Below, one piece after another: positions 59,094 to 64,000 of a stretch of DNA of 64,000 nucleotides. Source of the DNA: Candidatus Iainarchaeum sp. (GTDB lineage: Archaea; Iainarchaeota; Iainarchaeia; JAGGVJ01); NCBI GenBank assembly GCA_021158055.1, contig JAGGVJ010000019.1, positions 1 to 64,000 on the forward strand, given 5' to 3'. A model generated the notes under the pieces. It was not told the origin of the DNA. It made no database searches and worked only from the letters and a program-made list of their open reading frames with translations. Every line of letters begins with the position of its first letter. Position 1 is the first letter of the stretch. The translations under genes were made by a program, and so were the position numbers.

Positions 59094-59993
59094 CTATTTT
59101 AGTGAGTGATGTCTTTCAAGAATGTTGCCTGCAAGCTTAAAGTTTCCGAAAGGCATTATGTGCGCGCCTGCAAAGCCCAGCTTTTTTGCCTTTTCCAGCA
59201 TTTCATTGGAAAATTTCAGGTTGCTTTGTGTGTCTTCTATTTCTGAAATGACTTCTTCGGGAATTGTTATTCCAGGCACATGTTCATTAAGGAACTTTGC
59301 TGTTTTTGCAGAGGTGAGCAAAAGGATTCCGGGAAGGATTTTGGTGTTGATGTCTTTTGTTGCTTTAAAGAATTCTTCAAGCAAAGTTAAGTCAAAAAAA
59401 GGCTGGGTCTGAATAAATTGCGCTCCAAAAAGTGCTTTTTGCCTGATTCTTTTTATTTCAGGGTTTTTTGCTGTTGCAAAAGATCCTCCGCCTATGAATG
59501 CATCAAACTTGTTTTCAAGGGGGTTTCCGGCAAAGTCAGCTGAATTTTCAATCATGGTGTTTACTTTTGAGATCAGTTCAATTGAGTTCATTTCAAAAAC
59601 TGCTTTGGCTTTGGGGTTGTCCCCGAGTTTCGGGGGGTCGCCTGTTAAAAGCAAAAAGTTGTCTATTCCTTTTGCTTTTGCGCCAAGCAAGTCGGATTGT
59701 ATTGCAATTGAGTTCCTGTCCCGGCATGTTATCTGCATAATCGGTTCAAACCCAAGCGAAACAAGTTCAATTGACGGCACAAGCGAGTTCATTATGACGT
59801 TTCCCATGGGACAGTCCACTACATTCACTGCGTCTGCAAGCACGCAGGCTTTCAGAGCACTGTTTGTGAACTGGAAGGAGGGGGACTTCATAGGGTCTAT
59901 TTCAATTGTGAGTGCAAACTGATTGTTTTCAAGTTTTTCCCGGAAAGTCTGGATTTCCTTAAGATCGTGGTTTTGAAAGTTGTTTTTTTTCAT
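59094..59993 (-). CDS. metF: Methylenetetrahydrofolate reductase
   Basis: IEIDP, ADAVNVVD, QITCRDRN, LLTGDPP, GAQFIQTQPFFD, EHVPGI, GAHIM. Confidence 0.9.
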   Translation of the reverse strand: MKKNNFQNHDLKEIQTFREKLENNQFALTIEIDPMKSPSFQFTNSALKACVLADAVNVVDCPMGNVIMNSLVPSIELVSLGFEPIMQITCRDRNSIAIQSDLLGAKAKGIDNFLLLTGDPPKLGDNPKAKAVFEMNSIELISKVNTMIENSADFAGNPLENKFDAFIGGGSFATAKNPEIKRIRQKALFGAQFIQTQPFFDLTLLEEFFKATKDINTKILPGILLLTSAKTAKFLNEHVPGITIPEEVISEIEDTQSNLKFSNEMLEKAKKLGFAGAHIMPFGNFKLAGNILERHHSLK

Positions 59994-60049
59994 GTTATCC
60001 TTGGTTTGCTTTTGTTTTACGTTAAAGATTGTTTTCGTTTTTACTGAAA

Positions 60050-60457
60050 TTATTTTTGGCTTTTTGAAATTTCAATGGGTTTGTCCTGAGTATATTGCAG
60101 ACCGAATTTTAAAGACATTTCTGCCTTGTGCAATTCTTTTCCAAGGTATGCGTAGTGTTCGGGAAGAGACGCTTTTTCGTTTTCGATTATTGCCTGGTAT
60201 ACTGCAGTGGCGGTTTTTCCTACTATTGTGCTTGTCAGTTTTCCTGTAAGCATGGCACCGCCGTCAAGCACATTTTCGTAGTGTTCTGCTATAATTTGCT
60301 TTTTTTCCAGGTCATTGTGGATTACAAAAAACCCGTTCGGATCGTATTCAATTGATTTGCGTTCTTTTGCCTTGATTAATCTTACGTTATTGTCGTCGTT
60401 TTTGTTTTCTTCTGTTATTTTGAATTGTCTTTTGAGGAATTCTATTTGTTCACTCAA
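60050..60457 (-). CDS. DUF4346 domain protein
   Basis: DPNGFFVI, GKTATAVY, EHYAYLGKELHKAE..L.FG..YTQD; overlaps the thyA-like stop by 8 bp. Confidence 0.85.
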   Translation of the reverse strand: MSEQIEFLKRQFKITEENKNDDNNVRLIKAKERKSIEYDPNGFFVIHNDLEKKQIIAEHYENVLDGGAMLTGKLTSTIVGKTATAVYQAIIENEKASLPEHYAYLGKELHKAEMSLKFGLQYTQDKPIEISKSQK

Positions 60458-61136
60458 TATTCAACACCTCTTTTACGTTTTCCCAGTTGTGGTCATAGAT
60501 GTGGGCTGAACCGGAAACACAAGTGATGCTGCCGGTTTCAAAACCGCTTCCGTCTGCGACTTTTTTCATAAGGTTGGCAAGGCCGTACATATTTGCGGGC
60601 CAGGCTCCAAAACAGTCGTGAGAGCGAAAGTAAAGGTGAAGATGCAGCTTGCTGTCTCTTACCTGGAAATGAGTGAATATGAGGCAAGGCGCTTCATCGG
60701 ATTCGGTGTCAATTGGAGGAATCCAAGTGTGGCATATTGCTCTTCTTGTGTTTGATGAAGCTTTCAGTTTTTTTATCACCCAGTCAATCTGGTTTAATTC
60801 ATTGTTCCATTTGTGCAGGCGGTTCCCGTAAGTGTATTTGAATTCTCCCGGGTCGCTTGAAAGAATCGTCTGGTTTGTGTACTGTTCAAGCCGTTCTTTT
60901 GACCAGGGAAACCCTTTTGGTGTCATTGGCTCTTCAAGCGGGTTTTCTATGTATGCCAAAAGCTGGAGTATTTCTTTTGTGTCGTTGTCGTACTCGCTGT
61001 GAAGAATGTGCCCCCGTTTCCATATTGCCTTGATTACTTTTGGCCAGGTTTCCCCGATTGTTTTTCCTTTGACAAAAGTTCCGATTTTTGTCGGCTTTCC
61101 TGGTTCATTGCTTTCAAAAGTCAAGTGTGTCCCCAT
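60450..61136 (-). CDS. thyA: Short archaeal-type thymidylate synthase-like protein
   Basis: YTYGNRL, NQI, TRRA, PC (catalytic Cys), FRSHD, WPAN, SAHIY. Confidence 0.85.
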   Translation of the reverse strand: MGTHLTFESNEPGKPTKIGTFVKGKTIGETWPKVIKAIWKRGHILHSEYDNDTKEILQLLAYIENPLEEPMTPKGFPWSKERLEQYTNQTILSSDPGEFKYTYGNRLHKWNNELNQIDWVIKKLKASSNTRRAICHTWIPPIDTESDEAPCLIFTHFQVRDSKLHLHLYFRSHDCFGAWPANMYGLANLMKKVADGSGFETGSITCVSGSAHIYDHNWENVKEVLNIE

Positions 61137-61202
61137 CTATTCTTGTTTTTTTGTTCATTTATAGTTTGCGTAGGTTTCGTGAAGTTTGTGTTTTTTGTTT
61201 TT

Positions 61203-62099
61203 TTATTTATAGATATTTAACCCGAAATCGTTTTCCGCTTCTTTTTGCATCTCGTGCACGAATGCTGCTGCGGGAAACACGTTTTCTGCGAGTTCGATTG
61301 GTCCGAAAAGCAAAAAGTTTGAACCAAAAGCCATCTGCATTGAATTTGCAGCTACATTGCATTCGTTTTTGAATTTTTTGTGGTTTGAGTCTGAAAGCCA
61401 TTCCCACGACGATATCGCATTGTGTATTCCGTTTCCGGATGGAAGCCCGAACTTTGCTTTAACTGAAGAAACGGCGCGGACAGATGCCGCGGCACCATGG
61501 CCCAGCGGAGTGGTTGCCGTGTCAATCAAAAAATTCTGCACCCCTGCTTCTTTTGCAATATCAACAAGGCTTTTTTTAAGGAGATTGTCTTCGCAGAGCA
61601 GGTTTAGCTTCCCGGCAAGCGATGAATCCTTTGGATTGTATAAGAGGATTATCGCCGATTCAACGTCTGTGTTTTTGAGTTCGGTTATTTCTTTTTCAGT
61701 TACTGAAAAATTTATGGAGTTATAAATCATTTGGTCGCTTACGCCTGTTTCTGTTGCGTACTCGGCGCCGTAAAGGCGTGTTTCCGATTCTGTTGAGTCA
61801 ATTATAATTGGGCCTTCAAAGAGATTGCATGCAAAATCAATGCGTTCTTCCATTGACTGCGGGCTGTCTGCAAATATTTGTATTGCGCCGGGTATTCCTG
61901 TTGAATCTGATGCTTCAAGCTGTTTGTTTATGAGGTCTTCAGCGCGTTTTGAGTCAAATGAACCTGATTCGCCGGTGAGTATGTTGTGTTTTGAATAAAA
62001 AATTGTTCCGCAAAGCATGGTTGGTGTTTGCCCTGGCTGGCCACCGATTTTTGTTCCGGCAATGTCAAAAATTTTTTGTGGTTTTGAAAAAACAAACAT
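61203..62099 (-). CDS. mtrH: Methyl-tetrahydropterin:corrinoid methyltransferase, MtrH/MtxH family
   Basis: MFVFSKPQKIFDIAGTKIGGQPG..TMLCGTIFY, IIDST, IYNSIN, KFGLPSGNGIHNAISSWEWL, LLFGPIE. Confidence 0.92.
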   Translation of the reverse strand: MFVFSKPQKIFDIAGTKIGGQPGQTPTMLCGTIFYSKHNILTGESGSFDSKRAEDLINKQLEASDSTGIPGAIQIFADSPQSMEERIDFACNLFEGPIIIDSTESETRLYGAEYATETGVSDQMIYNSINFSVTEKEITELKNTDVESAIILLYNPKDSSLAGKLNLLCEDNLLKKSLVDIAKEAGVQNFLIDTATTPLGHGAAASVRAVSSVKAKFGLPSGNGIHNAISSWEWLSDSNHKKFKNECNVAANSMQMAFGSNFLLFGPIELAENVFPAAAFVHEMQKEAENDFGLNIYK

Positions 62100-62116
62100 T
62101 TACTTCACCGTTTTTA

Positions 62117-62731
62117 CTATGCTGTCTGGTTTGCCTCACTGGATTTTTCACCTATCACGCCTGTTTCGGGATCGAAAACTATTTTGTTTTCCGCGTCAAT
62201 AACTGCGATATTTTCGCCGAGATTTAGGTTTATTTTTTTTTCTTTTTCTTTTTTTGTCACAAAAAACGGTTCTCCAAAATACCCCTGGTTTTCAAGTGCG
62301 CATCGTTTGATTTCTTTTATGATTGTGTCTTTGTTTTGTGTTCCCGTTAAATCAATGACCTGGACCTGTTCCCTGAAACGGTTCACTGCTTCCTGCGGAA
62401 GGTTTTCAAGAAACGGGATGGCTCCCTTTGAATTTATGATGCGTTTGTTTTCGTCCAACCCAAACCTGCTAAGTGAAACAATTGATTGTCCTGTAAAGTG
62501 TCCTGTGACTTCTTCCCCGCACACAATTAAAAATCTTATGTTCGGGTTTGCAATCAGGTTGGTTACGACGCGCTCTATTCCAAGGTTTTCTGTGAGAGCG
62601 CGCCCGTACAAGGCAACTTCGTTCAAGTCAAGTTTTATGTCTGAAAAAAGAGTGAGTACTGAAATGCTTGCGTTTGGATTTACAACAGTATAGCTCCCCT
62701 GCAGCACAGGCCATTTTTGTTTTTCCATCAC
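62117..62731 (-). CDS. mtrA: MtrA/MtxA-family corrinoid protein, soluble (no C-terminal TM anchor)
   Basis: WPVLQGSY, TENLGIERVVTNLIANPNIRFLIVCGEEVTGHFTGQS (Co-ligand His), GAIPFLENL, RFREQV. Confidence 0.92.
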   Translation of the reverse strand: MMEKQKWPVLQGSYTVVNPNASISVLTLFSDIKLDLNEVALYGRALTENLGIERVVTNLIANPNIRFLIVCGEEVTGHFTGQSIVSLSRFGLDENKRIINSKGAIPFLENLPQEAVNRFREQVQVIDLTGTQNKDTIIKEIKRCALENQGYFGEPFFVTKKEKEKKINLNLGENIAVIDAENKIVFDPETGVIGEKSSEANQTA

Positions 62732-63141
62732 TATGAATATGGCAACGGATTCTTTTATAGATTTACTTTGCTTTGTTTGTTTGGTTTTATACCTGGTTTT
62801 TGTTTAGCTTTAATGCAAATTTTGTTCTCAAAAGGCTCCTTCAAGAAGCCCTTATTTTTTACAGGGATGCACTATTATTTGATGAAAATATAGTGGTTTA
62901 GAGGATTTATTTTTTTGAAAAAAACAAAAATGTATGTTTTTTCGACAATAAGTTTAAAAATAAGTTCTGTAAGTAAAATTAATTACAGTTTATGAGTTAT
63001 TTTGGCATGCATCAGAAAACCTTGTTTTTAGTTATTCTGATGCATAAGGGTTTTTTGTTACCGTGTGGTTATTATTTGCGGCGTGTATTTATTATTTGCA
63101 GTACTTTATTATTTGGTTTTGAAAATTTAAAATGTGATTAT

Positions 63142-63468
63142 ATGAAAACTCATGAAATCATCTTGGACATAAAAAAGGCAGAAGAAGAATCAGATAAAGT
63201 TTTGGCTGAAACAAGGGAAAAGAAAGAAAAGCTAATTTCGAAGACAAAAATTGAAGCAGAGGAAATAATTTCTTCTTCTGAAAAAACTTTTGAGAACAAA
63301 AAGTCGACAAATTTGAAGGCAGTGTCTAAAAAGATTGAAGCAATGAAAAAGGAGATCATTTCTGATGCCGGGTCTGAGATTAAGTCCATGGAAAAATCAG
63401 CATTAAAGAACATGGATAAAGCAGTTGATTTTTTGATTGTTCAGTTTAAAAAAAATGTGGGATTGTAA
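63142..63468 (+). CDS. A/V-type ATP synthase peripheral stalk subunit H (G)
   Basis: Charged coiled coil EIILDIKKAEEES...MDKAVDFLI; directly upstream of subunit I. Confidence 0.75.
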   Translation: MKTHEIILDIKKAEEESDKVLAETREKKEKLISKTKIEAEEIISSSEKTFENKKSTNLKAVSKKIEAMKKEIISDAGSEIKSMEKSALKNMDKAVDFLIVQFKKNVGL

Positions 63469-63588
63469 AAATAACAATCTCTAAACTGTAAGATAATTAA
63501 CTTTGTAGTAATTATTGTTTGTTATGCTTGCGGGTAATTAGTATTTGTTAGATTCATAAATCAGTATTTGTCAGGTAAGTTGGATTGA

Positions 63589-64000
63589 ATGATTAAACCA
63601 AAAAAGATGAAACGCGTTACGATAGTGGGGTCAAGGAGACTTCTGAAACCGATTGTGGAAAACCTTTACAATCAAAAAGTGCTTCATATAAATGATTATT
63701 CAAAAATCATGTCAGATGAATATCTGGACATCGGTCACTCTCTTAAAAATGCCGATATCTATTCCGAGTCTCTTGTGAAAATAAAATCTGTGTGCAGTTA
63801 CCTGAACATTTCTTTTGATAAGGGATTGCAGGGTGTTGATTCAAAGCTTTTGAGCAGGGACCTGTCAAAAGAAAACTTACGCGATTTGCGCTCAAAAATC
63901 AATAATATAGAAAAAGAAGTTGTTGAAAAAGTAAATAAAAGAAAATCCCTTGAAGAGGAGCTTTCGGGATTGAGTTCAGTCAGGAAAGAACTTGAACCGT
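63589..64000 (+). CDS. atpI: A/V-type ATP synthase subunit I, 5' part (runs off the window)
   Basis: Manual translation MIKPKKMKRVTIVGSRRLLKPIVENLYNQKVLHINDY. Confidence 0.8.
   Translation, partial: MIKPKKMKRVTIVGSRRLLKPIVENLYNQKVLHINDYSKIMSDEYLDIGHSLKNADIYSESLVKIKSVCSYLNISFDKGLQGVDSKLLSRDLSKENLRDLRSKINNIEKEVVEKVNKRKSLEEELSGLSSVRKELEP

Noticed and set aside
61203-62731. Evidence that the organism is a methanogen
   Set aside because: Only A and H homologs are present, MtrA lacks its anchor, and no membrane Mtr subunits or mcr are in the window.
62732-63141. Cobalamin or THF riboswitch upstream of the mtrA operon
   Set aside because: AT-rich region with no recognisable B12 box or stable stems; an Infernal/Rfam scan would settle it.
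62992-63141. N-terminal extension of the 62992-63468 ORF
   Set aside because: Low-complexity intergenic-like sequence; the subunit H-like protein begins at 63142.

Overview
Chromosomal window from an archaeon. The gene content (thermosome, dph5/dph6, endA, Sec61beta, A/V-ATPase subunits H and I, archaeal AspRS, GGTGA Shine-Dalgarno motifs) and the cluster of Ig-like surface proteins suggest a DPANN-type lineage; this is inference. Most of the window is housekeeping genes plus scattered accessory genes. There is one intron-containing tRNA-Ser(CGA), an IS remnant, several frameshifted or truncated genes and many short tandem repeats. No CRISPR array or prophage is visible. The standout feature is a co-oriented five-gene operon at 59094-62731 (-): soluble MtrA-like corrinoid protein, MtrH, short ThyA-like protein, DUF4346 protein and MetF. 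It lacks the membrane Mtr subunits, methionine synthase and DHFR, and could encode a cobamide-relay route to dTMP (hypothesis). Also notable: a TrmB/surface-protein locus with shared promoter motifs, a helically phased TCATGA array upstream of an orphan wHTH gene, a CBS+HPF ribosome hibernation factor, an EndA lacking the canonical catalytic Lys, and an RQC-UvrD-HRDC chimeric helicase. All calls come from motif recognition by eye; no searches were run.
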